Below the pieces are notes generated by a model. That model searched no databases. It saw nothing but the letters and a program-made list of their open reading frames with translations, and was not told the origin of the DNA. This document shows, piece after piece, positions 46,782 to 60,547 of a stretch of DNA of 64,000 nt. Origin of the DNA: Squalus acanthias. Its lineage: Eukaryota. The number at the start of each line of letters is the position of its first letter. Position 1 is the first letter of the stretch. The DNA is taken from NCBI GenBank assembly GCA_030390025.1, contig CM059452.1, positions 8,060,001-8,124,000 of the forward strand, read 5' to 3'. The translations under genes and the position numbers were made by a program.

Positions 46782-48813
46782 TTAGAAGCATAGAAGATAG
46801 GAGCAGGAGTAGGCCATTCGGCCCCTCGAGCCTGCTCCGCCATTTAATGAGATCATGGCTGATCATCCAAATTCAGTACCCTGTCCCTGCTTTCTCCCCA
46901 TATCCCTTGATCCCTTTAGTCTTAAGAAATATATCTATCTCCTTCTTGAATATATTTAATGAATTGGCCTCAACTGCCTTCTGTGGTAGAGAATTCCACA
47001 GGTTCACCACTCTCTGGGTGAAGAAATTCCTCCTCATCTCAGTCCTAAATGGCTTAGCCCTTATCCTTAGACTGTGACCTCTGGTTCTGGACTCCCCCGC
47101 CATCGGGAACATCCTTCCTGCATCTAGTCTGTCTAGTCCTGTTAGAATTTTATAAGTTTCAATGAGATCCCCTCTCATTCTTCTAAACTCTAGCGAATAT
47201 AAGCCTAATCGACCCAATCTCTCTTCATACGTCATTCATGCCATCCCAGGTATCAGTCTGGTGAATCTTTGCTAAACTCCCTCATGGCAAGAACATCCTT
47301 CCTCAGATAAGACGACTAACACTGCACACAATACTCAAGGTGTGGTCTCACAAAGGCCCTGTACAACTGCAGCAAGACATCATTGCTCCTGTACTCGAAT
47401 CCTCTCGCTATGAAGGCCAACATACCATTTGCCTTCTTAACCGCCTGCTGCACCTGTATGCTTACCTTCAGCGACTGGTGCACAAGGGCACCCAGGTCTC
47501 GTTGCACTTCCCCTTTTCCCAATCTATTGCCGTTCAGATAATAATCTGCCTTCCTGTTTTTGCCAACAAAGTGGATAACCTCGCATTTATCCACATTATA
47601 CTGCATCTGCCATGCATCTGCCCAATCACCCAACCTGTCCAAATCATACTGGAGTTTCTCTGCATCCTCTTCACAGCACACACGCCCACCCAGCTTTGTG
47701 TCGTCTGCAAACTTGGAGATATTACATCTAGTTCCCTCGCCTAGATCATTAATATATATTGTGAATAGCTGGGGTCCCAGCACCGATCCCAGCGGTACCC
47801 CACTAGTCACTGCCTGGCACTCGGAAAAAAGACCCGTTTATTCCAACTCTTTGCTTCCTGTCTGCCAACCAGTTCTCTATCCAAGTACCCTAGGATGTAG
47901 ATTATCAGGCCCTGGGGATTTATCGGCCTTCAATCCCGTCAATTTCCCTAACACCATTTCCCTACAAATACTGATTTCATTCAGTTCCTCCCTCTCATTG
48001 GACCCTATGTTCCCCGACATCTCTGGGAGGTTATTTGTGTCCTCCTTTGTGAAGACAGAGCCAAAGTATGTATTTAATTGGTCTGCCATTTCTTTGTTCC
48101 CCATTATAAATTCCCCTGATTCTGACTGCAAGGGACCTACGCTTGACTTCACCAATCTTTTTCTCTTTACATATATATAGAAGCTTTTACAGTCAGTTTT
48201 TATGTTCCCTGCAAGCTTACTCTCATACTCTGTTTCCCCCCTCTTAATTAATCCCTTTGTCCTCCTTTGCTGAATCCTAAACTTCTCCCAAACCTGAGGT
48301 TTGCTGCTTTTTCTGGCCAATTTATATGTCATCTCTTTGGATTTTATGCTATCCCTAATTTCCCTTGTTAGCCACGGTTGAGTCAACTTTTTTGTTTTAT
48401 TTTTATGCCAAACAGGGATGAACAAATTCGGTAGTTCATCCATGCGATCTTTAAATGTTTGCCATTGCCTATCCACCGTCAACCCTTTAAGTAACGTCCC
48501 CCAATCCATCCTAGCCAACCCGCGCCTCATACCATCGTAGTTTCCTTTATTTAAATTCAGGTCCCTAGTCTCTGAGTCAACTAATTCACTCTCCATCTTA
48601 ATGAAGAATTCTGTCATATTATGATCGCTCCTCTCCAAGGGACCTCGCACAACAAGATTGCAAATAAATCCTTTCTCATTACATAATACCCAGTCTAAGA
48701 TGGCCTGGTCTCTAGTTGGCTTCCTCGACATATTGGTCCAGGAAACCATCCCGTATACACTCTAGGAATTCCTCCTCCACGGTATTGTTACTAATTTGGT
48801 TAGCCCAATCTAT
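46782..48813 (-). mobile_element. CR1 LINE, 5'-truncated, internally deleted and frameshifted
   Basis: ORFs 47877-48749, 47316-47810 and 46873-47235; very similar to the 5427-7162 copy. Confidence 0.92.
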
Positions 48814-51572
48814 ATCAGGATAATGAAACAGTTTGGGTAGAGATTAGGAATAATAAGGGGAAAAAAACACTGGTGGGCGTAGTATATACGCCTCCTAATA
48901 GTTGCAACTCTGTTGGAAGAAGTATTAATCAGGAAATAGTTGGGCATGTAATAAGGGAACAGCTATAATTATGGGGGGTTTTAACTATCATATTAACTGG
49001 ACAAATCAAATTGGGCAGAGCAGCCTTGAGGAAGAGTTTATTGAGTTTCTTAGGGATGGATTTCTTGAGCAGTATGTAACTGATCCTACAAGGGGGCAAG
49101 CAACCTTGGACCTGGTACTGTGTAATGAGTCTGGATTAATTAATAATGTCCTAGTTAAGGATCCCCTTGGAATGAGTGACCATAACATGGTTGAATTCCA
49201 TATCCAATTAGAGGGTGAGAAGGTTGGTTCTCAAACAAGCATACTGAGCTTGAATAAAGGAGACTATGATGGCATGAGAGCAGAATTGATTAAAGTGGAC
49301 TGGGAAAATAGATTAAAGGGTAAGACGGTACATGAGCAGTGGTGTTCATTCAAGGAGTTATTTTACAACTTTCAAAATAAATATATTCCACTGAGGAAAA
49401 AAAGGTGTAAAAGAAATGACAGCCATCCATGGCTAAGTAAAGAAATTAAAGAAAGTATCCAACTAAAAACAAGGACATATAAGGTAGCCAAAGTTAGTGG
49501 GAGGATAGAAGATTGGGAAGTCTTCAAAAGACAACAAAAAGTAACTAAAGGATTGATTAAGAAAGGGAAAATAGACTATGAAAATAAATTAGCAAAAAAT
49601 ATAAAAACAGATAGCAAGAGTTTCTATAATGATATAAAAAGAAAAAGGGTGGTTAAGGTAAACGTAGGTCCCTTAGAGGATGAGACCGGGAAATTAATGG
49701 TGGGAAACATGGAGATGGCAAAAATGCTGAACAAATATTTTGTTTCAGTCTTTACGGTAGAGGACACTAAGAATATCCCAACACTGGACAAACAGGGGGC
49801 TCTAGTGGGGGAGGAGCTAAATACGATTAAAATCACTAAGGAATTGGTACTCAGTAAAATAATGGGACTCAAGGCGGATAAATCCCCTGGACCTGATGGC
49901 TTACATCCTAGGGTCTTGAGGGAAGTGGCAGTAGGAATTGTGGATGCTTTGGTAATAATTTTCCAAAACTCCCTGAACTCAGCAAAGGTCCCAGCAGATT
50001 GGAAAACTGCTAATGTAACACACTTATTTAAAAAAGGTTGTAGGCAGAAGGCTGGAAATTATAGACCAGTTAGCCTAACATCTGTGGTGGGTAAAATTTT
50101 GGAGTCTATTATTAAGGAGACAGTAACGGAACATTTAGATAAACATAATTTAATAGGACAAAGTCAGCATGGCTTTATGAAGGGGAAGTCATGTCTGACA
50201 AATTTGCTCGAGTTCTTTGAGGACATAACGTACAGGGTGGATAAAGGGGAACCAGTGGCTGTAGTGTATTTAGACTTCCAGAAGGCATTCGACAAGGTGC
50301 CACATAAAAGATTATTACTCAAGATAAAAAATCACTGGATTGGGGGTAATATTCTGGCATGGGTGGAGGATTGGTTATCTAACAGGAAGCAGAGAGTTGG
50401 GATAAATGGTTCATTCTCGGACTGGCAACCAGTAGCCAGTGGTGTTCCGCAGGGGTCGGTGCTGGGTCCCCAACTCTTTACAATCTATATTAACGATTTG
50501 GAGGAGGGGACCGAGTGTAACATATCAAAGTTTGCAGATGATACAAAGATGGGAGGGAAAGTAGAGAGTGAGGAGGACATAAAGAACCTACAAGGGGATA
50601 TCGACAGGCTGGGTGAGTGGGCAGAGATTTGGCAGATGCAATACAAGATTGGAAAATGTGAGGTTATGCACTTTGGCAGGAAAAATCAGAGAGCAAGTTA
50701 TTATCTTAATGGTGAGAAACTGGAAAGTACTGCAGTACAAAGGGATCTGGGGGTCTTGGTGCAAGAAAATCAAAAAGTTAGTATGCAGGTGCAGCAGGTG
50801 ATCAAGAAAGCCAATGGAATGTTGGCTTTTATTGCTAGGGGGATAGAATATAAAAACAGGGAGGTATTGCTGCAGTTGTATAGGGTATTGGTGAGACCGC
50901 ACCTGGAGTACTGCATACAGTTTTGGTGTCCATACTTAAGAAAAGACATACTTGCTCTCGAGGCAGTACAAAGAAGGTTCACTCGGTTAATTCCGGGGAT
51001 GAGGGGGTGGACATACGAGGAGAGGTTGAGTAGATTGGGACTCTACTCATTGGAGTTCAGAAGAATGAGAGGCGATCTTATTGAAACATATAAGATTATG
51101 AAGGGGCTTGATCGGGTGGACGCGGTGAGGATGTTCCCAATGATGGGTGAAACTAGAACTAGGGGACATAATCTTAGAATAAGGGGCTGCTCTTTCAAAA
51201 CTGAGATGAGGAGAAACTTTTTCACTCAGAGGGTAGTGGGTCTGTGGAATTTGCTGCCCCAGGAAGCTGTGGAAGCTACTTCATTAAATAAATTTAAAAC
51301 AGAAATAGACCGTTTCCTAGAAGTAAAGGGAATCAGGGTTTACGGGGAGCGGGCTGGAAATTGGACATGAGTTTGAGTTCGGATCGGTCAAGGCCCTGTG
51401 GGTGGCGTAGCGGGCCCAGGGGCTGAGTGGCCGGGTCCTGCTCCTGCTTCTTGTGTTCTTTAGAGTTGAGGTTGGATCAGATCAGCCATGATCTTATTGA
51501 ATGGCGGAGCAGGCTCGAGGGGCCGATTGGTCTACTCCTGCTCCTTTTTCTTATGTTCTTATGTTCTTATAT
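48814..51572 (+). mobile_element. CR1 LINE of a different subfamily, 5'-truncated, 799-aa open ORF2 part, doubled 3' UTR
   Basis: ORF 48971-51370 covers the APE C-terminal part and RT; (ttatgttc)n tail. Confidence 0.93.
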
Positions 51573-51583
51573 GTAGATTAAAA

Positions 51584-52145
51584 TCACTCATGATAACTCG
51601 CCACAGAATACCCAGCCTCTGATCTGCTCTTGTTGCCACAGTATTTATGTGGCTGGTCCAGTTTATGGTCAACGGTGACCCCCCACCACCCCCCCAGGAT
51701 ATTGATGGTGGGGGATTCGGCGATGGTAATGCCATTGAATGTCAAGGGGTGGTGGTTAGACTGTCGCTTGTTGGAGATAGTCATTGCCTGGTCTTGTTGC
51801 ATGCGGGCTTGGACTGCTTCCTTTTCTGAGGAGTTGCGAATGGCACTGAGCACTGTGCAGTCATCAGCGAACATCCCCATTTCTGACCTTATGTTGGAGG
51901 GAAGGTCATTGATGAAGCAGCTGGAGATGGTTGGGCCTAGGACACTGCCCTGAGGAACTCCTGCAGCGATGTCCTGGGGCTTTGATGATTGACCTTCAAC
52001 CATCTTCCTTTGTGCTAGGTATGACTCTAGCCAGTGGAGAGTTTTCCCCCTGATTCCCATTGACTTCCCTTTTACTCGGGCTCCTTGATGCCACACTCGG
52101 TCAAATGCTGCCTTGATATCAAGGGCAGTCACTCTCACTTTCATT
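51584..52145 (-). mobile_element. CR1/Jockey-group RT fragment (same family as 29885-31095)
   Basis: ALDIKAAFDRVWHQG...GVPQGSVLGP...MFADD. Confidence 0.85.
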
Positions 52146-52180
52146 CTGTTTCCATGGGAAACCAGGAATGTTTTCTGCAG

Positions 52181-52290
52181 AACTGAGTTCTGGAGACTCC
52201 TTCAAGCAGTGGCCAACAGAAGCCCAATATCTGGAAGGAACCTCAATGAGCATAAATTGTAACTTTTCAACGTCCCTAGTGTACCAAAAC
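52181..52290 (+). pseudogene. V22: FR1 fragment of the V12 family fused to a degenerate nonamer and 3' flank of the V2/V21 type
   Basis: ttttctgcag|LSSGDSFKQWPTEAQYLEGTSMSINCNFSTS, then gtaccaaaac and a flank homologous to 12240-12410 in inverted orientation. Confidence 0.75.
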
Positions 52291-55200
52291 GCACACTGAG
52301 AGGGCGCTCTCACACCGATAACCAGAAGCAACAATTCAGCCTCCACAGTGAGAGTCACACGGACCTCCTTAAAAGTACAAAAAAACACAGCACTCAACAA
52401 GAACAGGTGAGGTCCCCTGGCCGAATTATATTAGTTTGTGATTTCAACTCGCATTTATACTAAAAATGAACTTCAGCAATCATGTCTGTGGTTCCACAAC
52501 TCACCTTTTGTCTTTTGATGTAATTTCCGGGCCTGCCTGTCTCTTCTCATCCCTTGTCTCCACTCTTTACTAATCGTATGGACTTTCTTCTTCCAGTCTT
52601 TAGTTTAACGATGTAAAACCTTTACTGCTGCACGGCATATTAATTCAGAACCGCTCTAACCCAGCTTCCCATAAACAGGAACTGCAGACAGGTCAGTGAA
52701 TAATGTTAAGATCAGCTCCGAGAAAGAGGTTGCTGACAGGGCCAGGAACCTCCTGCTGGTCGCTCCGTCAATGGGACAGGATCTGGTTCCCATATTCTGC
52801 CTGTGTGTGTTATTTCATCTCGTGTATTCCTTCAAAACCAAGTATTTAATGTATTGGGGTGCTCGGGAAATCCTCCGACCCATTACTCTATTTCAGTTTC
52901 ACTATATTTAGATGACACTTTCCAAGCTTGAAAACAGAGGTGTTGGAAACCCACAACCGAATGGGAGAGGACATGAAAGAGAAAATTAGTTGAATGTTTC
53001 GGGAGATCTGTGGAGAAAATAGAGAGATTTCTGATCTCTTTCGCTATTCTTGCTGTTCCGGTCACTGGTTGCCTCATTGAACTTCCGTGCGTCAGTTAAC
53101 CTGCAATAAATCTGACCAAGTGCTATTGGCCTGTAAGGAGAACTCTGACTGTGTGGCAGTTTCCCCGAGGGAGGCTGTAATAAATTGCTATTCAGTGGTT
53201 CAGTTGGCTCACACCCTGTCAGTGATTTAAGCAGCCATGAAGGACAGTGATTCCCACAATGCACAGCGGGCCAGAATAGGCCCAATGTAGACCACGGGCC
53301 GTGCTGCTCCCTGGGAGCACTGTTCGCACATGCGCAACTCGCCAACCGCTTCAATTATTGTTGTCTGTATCTTTATTTCTGTCTCATATTTTCTCCTTTT
53401 TATTAAGAAAGGGAGACCGTTTCTTTTGTGGGAATTGAAGTCACACGTCACACCGCACGTCACACAAACATGGCCGTCACCGCTTTGCCCTGCACTGGAT
53501 GACGCCACAATGCTTTTCGCATGTCACAGCACCGCGATTGGCTGTTTTTCACATTCATTGAGGGTCAGAGGTCACGGGCAGTCTCCAGGCTCCGGTCAGC
53601 GCTAAAGATTCCGCGTGTGTGCAGCCTATGACCCCTGACCCAGGGCTGTGACCCTGGGGGGTCAGCTCGGAAAGTCTTCAATGGGCCCTGCACCACCCGA
53701 TATTCTCGGAGCCTGGGGACAGGATACAGAGCCGGGAGAGACAGCAATGGTGGCTGAAAGTATTTGTCGCTTTGAGGGGAGGGAGAGAAATTGGGGCAGA
53801 GACATAGTTTAAACAGCAACTCCATCCATTTGCAATGTTCCTTCTCAGCCCTTCAGAAGGGCCGCCTAATTCATCCGTCCTCAACCCTATCATATACTCA
53901 ACCACAGGAGACCTCGCGCCTGGACTCCAGGAGCTCAGAGGGAAAGCAGCACTGCATCAAAAGGAGAATGCCAGAAGATACTCGGGTCTGGCCAGAAACC
54001 TCTGGAGATGTTCCCGGGGCGGGGAGGCATCGAAAGAGCCCGAGGATCCGGTTAAGGACGTGGAGCAAAACTACAGGGAAACAGGGATCAGAGATCTGAA
54101 GGTAACTGGCGGTACACAGTAGTGATGTTCACTGAGTTCATGGAGATGGTACAAGAGGGAATGGAGCAGAGCAGGGAGAAAGGTCGTCAGGGATACAGGA
54201 GACAGATGGTCAGGGTAAATGGGTGTGGCTCAGATTGGAGAAGGGTTGGAAGTGGTTACCCCAGTGCTGGGCCTACTCTTTCATTGGTCTGTGTGGACCA
54301 TTTGAACTCGGGACACCATTAAAGGGTCTAATCCAAAACAAAAAATACATTCTATAGCGCCCTCCCCGAGAGGAGGGCTACACTCGCTCACTTGGCCTGA
54401 ACAAAACTAGAACGATATTCCATCAGAATTTGATTTTGTCCGACTGTCACACAACCTGTGTCCAGCAGTGACCAAATATACCTGAGGACACCGCGTGATC
54501 CTAATCCCCTCTCCCTCAAATACAATCTCTCCTTCTTTCCTCTCTGCCCTGGGTGTCTGTGTGCGTATACACCAGAATAGGTGGAGAGAAAGAGTGAATG
54601 TGTAACAGGGAAGTTCGAGAGTCTGTGTTTATAACAGAGAAGTTGGAAACATAATCTCTGTGTTTATAACAGTAAAGTGAAGAGTGCCTGAGTGTGTATA
54701 ACAGAAAAGCTGGAGAGAGAGCCTGTGTGCCGGATAGGCCCCAGACTCTGAGAATCATTTCCAGGGTTTGTGCTCCCCAGTGTGTCTGTGTCAGATATCT
54801 AACAAGTGTGCAGCTGCCGTGGGAGTGTTTGATGGGACAGTGTAGAGGGAGCTTTACTCTGTATCTAACCCATGCTGTACCTGCCCTGGGAGTGTTTGAT
54901 GGGACAGTGTAGAGGGAGCTTTACTCTGTATCTAACAAGTGTGTACCTGCTCTGGAAGTGTTTGATGGGACAGTGTAGAGGGAGATTTACTCTGCCATGT
55001 ACTGTAATGTATCAAACTGTGATGGAGCAGTGCCCTGCTCTTTATTAGAACCTGGCATGTCACTGTTACAGACCATAATATTAGAGAAGACTGCGAGGTG
55101 CGCCTGGTCGCTGTTGGTCGCTATGCAGTCATTCCGCCTCTGGGTCTTGACAAAAAAAGGCAGGGGTAAAGGTGTCTTTACTCTGATGGGGCACTAGGTG

Positions 55201-55836
55201 GCGCAGTGGCTCCTTAACCGAAGGGACTTGGGTTTAAACACAACCCAGACAGGACGGGTGAAAAATACCTGTCAGGGAAATAAAGCAAAGTGTGATAGGG
55301 AAAATGGAGCGGTGTGGAGGAGCCTTGGAGAAAGGAATTCAGCAAAGTCCAAATTAGTCAATTTGTCATTCCAGATTTATTAACAATTTCACTGAGAACA
55401 ATTTACAGAGAAGTTTTTAAAAAGTTAACACAAAGTGAATATAACAACAGAGCGTCACATTGAGACCAGATCACAGGCGGTCTGAGCTGCCAGTTATCTG
55501 TACAACTGTAACAGACACCAGGGAGAGAAAACAGGGGCTCTTATAAAGGGAAGGGAACAATTGTAAGTTAGGAATGAGAAAAGTGACTTATTTACACATG
55601 AAATATTCAAACAACGGTGAAACTCTGAGATACATTTCCATTATAGCCACGATTATCTCACACATTCCAAACAGAGAGACGGAAATCCCGGTTCTGATTT
55701 TCTCAGCTACAGATTCGGATTTATTAACTGAAGGCATTTGACTCTGAGAATCACCAAGAGGATATATTTTATTTTCAGGACACAGAGATGTTAATAAACA
55801 GATGAGGAAAATCCACGGCATCCGAAATTCAACCGT

Positions 55837-55845
55837 TCATTTGAT
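55837..55845 (-). CDS. IGHM: IgM TM2 exon (IK*), right copy
   Basis: tttacag|ATC AAA TGA. Confidence 0.88.
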   Translation of the reverse strand: MK

Positions 55846-55986
55846 CTGTAAATGAGGGATAAAAGAATGAAGCAGAGATTTAGTGGTTTGGGGCATTTAT
55901 CTCAGGGTTTTTTATCAATTAAACTTTTAAAGATTTGTCAAACCGCTTCAGTCAGATCGAAGTGTGAGTGGATTGAATCTTCTCAC

Positions 55987-56114
55987 CTTCACTAGAGTGA
56001 CGGCAGCGCTGTAGGACATGCTCAGGAAGAACAGGATGATGAATGTGGAAGCGGTTGTCCAGATGTTGCCGCTCTCTTCCTCATAGTCTTCAATCAAAAT
56101 GTGGTCTGAGGAAT
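55987..56114 (-). CDS. IGHM: IgM TM1 exon, right copy
   Basis: 128-nt exon with the same translation as 4595-4722; GT/AG intact. Confidence 0.95.
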
Positions 56115-57804
56115 CTACGGGGATGTAGAGGAGGAAATATATTCAGATCCTTTATTAATCCAAGATATCATATTATTATTATATATTCTCTTCTTTTCCT
56201 TAAGGTATTAGTTTTTTCTCTAATTGAATTTTCAATGTATATCTTGTGTTAAGTTAATCACTCTCAGCAATCTATCTCTGTTCCAAACTCCACAGTCGCT
56301 CTTCCTTTATGATCCTCCTATAGTCCGTGTTGGAAAAAACGAGTTTTTTCTTCAATGACACAGGCTCATTGATTTTGCATTAATTTCGTACAATCTATTG
56401 TTCGGAAATAATATGATGAAATATCGAGGGAAGTTTACTGATTGATATCGATTATTTTAACGATAGGTTTAGATAGCTACTTATTTGGAGACGGTCAAGG
56501 GGGCTGGGTAAGAGATCAGATGTGATTTATAATCTTGTATATTTATTTGTTATGGCAATGCTCCGAACATAATTAACTTGTATCAGTTTCCAACAAGAAC
56601 ATTGATTCAGTGTATGTGTAGGAGCATAATAGAGAAATGTGAGATGTTATGGTTTCAGGAATTATTTATTCAGAACAATCGTTGGAAACTCTGTTCGTTC
56701 AAAAGGTGCATTTTAATTCTACATTCCTCTATAGCCTAAGATTTTTTGTGCGCATTCATGTTTGTGTATGTGTGTCTGACAATCTCTTGTTTTGTTTTAG
56801 TCTGTGTTTGAGTGTTAATGTGTGTGTTGCTGTGTAATTGTGTGTGTGTGTTTGTGTAAGTGTGTGTGTTTGTGTAAGTCTGTGTGCATTTTTGTCAGTT
56901 TGTGTATGTTTATGTGTAAGTCTTTGTATAAGTGTGTGTGTTTATTTGTAATTTTATGTGTGTGTTTGTGTGTAAGTTTATTTGTAAGTGTGTTTATGTT
57001 TAAGTGTGTGTTTGTTTTTGTGTATGTGCGTCCATGTGTGTGTTTATGTGTAGGTTTATGGTTATGTGTAAGTGTTTGTGTCTGTTTAGGTGTAAGCGGG
57101 TGAGTGTTCCTGTGCAATTGTGTGTGTTTCTGAGTGTGTGTGTTTGTGCGTGTGTATGTTTGTGTTGATGTGAGAGTTTATGGGTGTGTAAGTGTGTGTG
57201 TGTTAATGCATGTGTTTGTGTGTGTTTTGTTTAAGGGTGTGCGCGTGTGTATTTCCGGTACTGTTGAAAGTTTCAGAGAGTACCAATAAGTGGGTCTGAC
57301 AATGAGGGTGTGTATTATTTTCTGGGTATGTGTAATATTCTCTATCAATGTGTTAATGCGTGTGTTTATGTATAAGTCTGTGTGTGTTTATGTGTAAGTG
57401 TGCACTTACAGAAAACACACACACTTACACAAAATCGCAAACGCACTTACACATAAACACACACACACTCACTTTACACGCATTCTTCCCCGCTCTGTGT
57501 AAATGTGTTCTGTGTGAGACGCAATGTGACGTCAGCCGATGGGCCTCAGAACCATCAGGGACACAACCGTGAGAAACCCGCAGAGGATTCAATCACCAGT
57601 TCAAATTTGGACTATTACAATTAAATCTGTTAGTTTATGAATAGCAGGGACAGATTTACCCCAAACACTAGTTAAAGATAAGTTGTTCAATAAATATTTA
57701 TTTTACAATATGATTTTCATCCGGCAATTTTAACGTTTTTAGACTGTGAGTTGAAGCTGACATTTTACTAATGGCAGCTGAGTTCATATAATAGAGATTG
57801 GTTC

Positions 57805-59720
57805 ACCTCCCCTCTCTCTGGTGGGGAGTGGGGGGTACAGTGGGTTTGCAATTGCCCTTTCCCCTCTCTCTGGTGGGGGAGTGGAGGTACAGTGGGTTAA
57901 CAATTGCCCTTTCCCCTCTCTCTGGTGGGGGAGTGGGAGGTACACTGGGTTAACAATTGCCCTTTCCCCTCTCTCTGGTGGGGGAGTGGGGGTACAGTGG
58001 GTTAACAATTGCCCTTTCCCCTCTCTCTGGTGGGGGAGTGGGAGGTACAGTGGGTTAACAATTGCCCTTTCCCCTCTCTCTGGTGGGGGAGTGGGGGTAC
58101 AGTGGGTTAACAATTGCCCTTTCCCCTCTCTCTGGTGGGGGAGTGGGAGGTACAGTGGGTTAACAATTGCCCTTTCCCCTCTCTCTGGTGGGGGAGTGGG
58201 GGTACAGTGGGTTAACAATTGCCCTTTCTCCTCTCTCTGGTGGGGGAGTGGGAGGTACAGTGGGTTAACAATTGCCCTTTCCCCTCTCTCTGGTGGGGGA
58301 GTGGGGGTACAGTGGGTTAACAATTGACCTTTCCCCTCTCTGGTGGGGGAGTGGGAGGGACAGTGTGTTAACAATTGACCTTTCCCCTCTCTGGTGGAGG
58401 AGTGGGGGTACAGTGGGTTAACAATTGACCTTTCCCCTCTCTCTGGTGGGCGAGTGGGGGTATAGTGGGTTAGCAATTGCCCTTTCCCCTCTCTCTGGTG
58501 GGCGAGTGGGGGTATAGTGGGTTAACAATTGTCCTTTCCCCTCTCTCTGGTGGGGGAGTGGGAGGTACAGTGGGTTAACAATTGTCCTTTCCCCTCTCTC
58601 TGGTGGGGGAGTGGAGGTACAGTGGGTTAACAATTGCCCTTTCCCCTCTCTCTGGTGGGGGAGTGGAGGTACAGTGGGTTAGCAATTGCCCTTTCCCCTC
58701 TCTCTGGTGGGGGAGTGGAGGTACAGTGGGTTAACAATTGCCCTTTCCCCTCTCTCTGGTGGGGGAGTGGGGGTACAGTGGGTTAGCAATTGCCCTTTCC
58801 CCTCTCTCTGGTGGGCGAGTGGGGGTATAGTGGGTTAACAATTGCCCTTTCCCCTCTCTCAGGTGGGGGAGTGGGGGTATAGTGGGTTAACAATTGCCCT
58901 TTCCCCTCTCTCTGGTGGCGGAGTGGGGGTACAGTGGGTTAACAATTGCCCTTTCCCCTCTCTCTGATGGGGGAGTGGGAGGTAGAGCGGGTTAACAATT
59001 GCCCATTCCCCTCTCTCTGGTGGGGGGAGTGGGAGGTACAGCGGGTTAACAATTGCCCTTTCCCCTCTCTCTGGTGGGGGAGTGGGAGGTACAGTGGGTT
59101 AACAATTACCCTTTCCCCTCTCTCTGGTGGGGGAGTGGGGGTACAGTGGGTTAACAATTCCCTTTTCCACTCTCTCTGATGGGGGAGTGGGAGGTACAGC
59201 GGGTTAACAATTGCCCTTTCCCCTCTCTCTGGTGGGGGAGTGGGAGGTACAGCGGGTTAACAATTGCCCTTTCCCCTCTCTCTGGTGGGGGAGTGGGGGT
59301 ACAGCGGGTTAACAATTGCCCTTTCCCCTCTCTCTGGTGGGGGAGTGGGAGGTACAGTGGGTTAACAATTGCCCTTTCCCCTCTCTCTGGTGGGGGAGTG
59401 GGGGGTACAGTGGGTTAACAATCGCCCTTTCCCCTCTCTCTGGTGGGCGAGTGGGGGTACAGTGGGTTAACAATTGCCATTTCTCCTCTCTCTGGTGGGG
59501 GAGTGGGGGTACTGTGGGTTAACAATTGCACTTTCCCCTCTCTCTGGTGGGGTGTGGGAGGTACAGTGGGTTAACAATTACCCTTTCCCCTCTCTCTGGT
59601 GGGGGAGTGGGGGTACAGTGGGTTAACAATTACCCTTTCCCCTCTCTCTGGTGGGGGAGTGGGAGGTACAGTGGGTTAACAATTGCCCTTTCCCCTCTCT
59701 CTGGTGGGGGAGTAGGGGTG
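57805..59720. repeat. 52-53 bp minisatellite in the CH4-TM1 intron (right copy)
   Basis: Reverse complement of the 900-3010 array. Confidence 0.95.
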
Positions 59721-60155
59721 ACAGTTCGTGTTCGTGAGTTGCCTTATATCGTATCCCAGAGGTTGCGATGCTGCAAAATATATCTGCCCCAATTCTGAAG
59801 GGATGGACAGCACGAGAAACAGAGACACCGAGATCTAAATGTGCTGCGTTTGTTTGTCTGAAATGGGAACTTTTTGATTTCCCTCAGCGGGAGGAAAGTT
59901 GCTGAAGTGACTTTGAGGAATCCTGTCATGAAAGAGCTTCAGTCTGTCTCTAACCCGTGGTGTATCTGAGCTGGGAGCGCTGGCTGTACAAGCCTTGGGC
60001 CCGAGACCGGCCAATATCCTGCTTCAGATAAACGGCCCTCCCCTTGGCAAAAATGGAAAACAAAATTAATTGAGCGGCTGTGTGTGTAACTGACGATTGG
60101 AAGAAAAGGCCTTTATTGGTTTTTATTCAACAACTGAAATGCAATCGAGAGATTC

Positions 60156-60547
60156 TCATTGACAAGAATTGACGGTGTCCATCAGAACAAGGGAAATGTT
60201 CACAAAACTGGGTTTACCGCTGGATTTATTAACCGTTCTGTTGATGATCTTCAAGGGGATCGCTTCATGTCCCACCACACAGGTGTAAGATGCGCCGCTG
60301 GCCCACTCCTCCGCTGCAATGGATAACAGGCTGTACATGAAGAAGGAACTGCTGCCGTTCTCCGCCATCACCTCGGTGTTCTTGTAGTTGCCGGAATTCA
60401 CCGGCTTGTCATTGACGGTCCACTTGACGAAGATCTCTCGGGGGGAGAAACCTCTCACTAAGCAGGTGAGGGTCACGAACCTCTGAGCGGAGACTTCTTC
60501 TGCCGGCGGCAGGAGGACAGACACGGACGGTTCCCGCGGATCTTCAA
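60156..60547 (-). CDS. IGHM: IgM CH4 exon plus canonical secretory tailpiece, right copy
   Basis: (V)[23 protein letters not shown]...[38 protein letters not shown]; tandem AATAAA downstream. Confidence 0.95.

Noticed and set aside
46782-51572. Single LINE with a twin-priming inversion
   Set aside because: The halves overlap in element coordinates, differ in sequence and each has its own 3' end, so they are two insertions.
55188-55240. CTCF-like gcactaggtggcgca (inverted copy at about 7216)
   Set aside because: Better explained as the A-box/B-box head of a degenerate tRNA-derived SINE; not a full tRNA.
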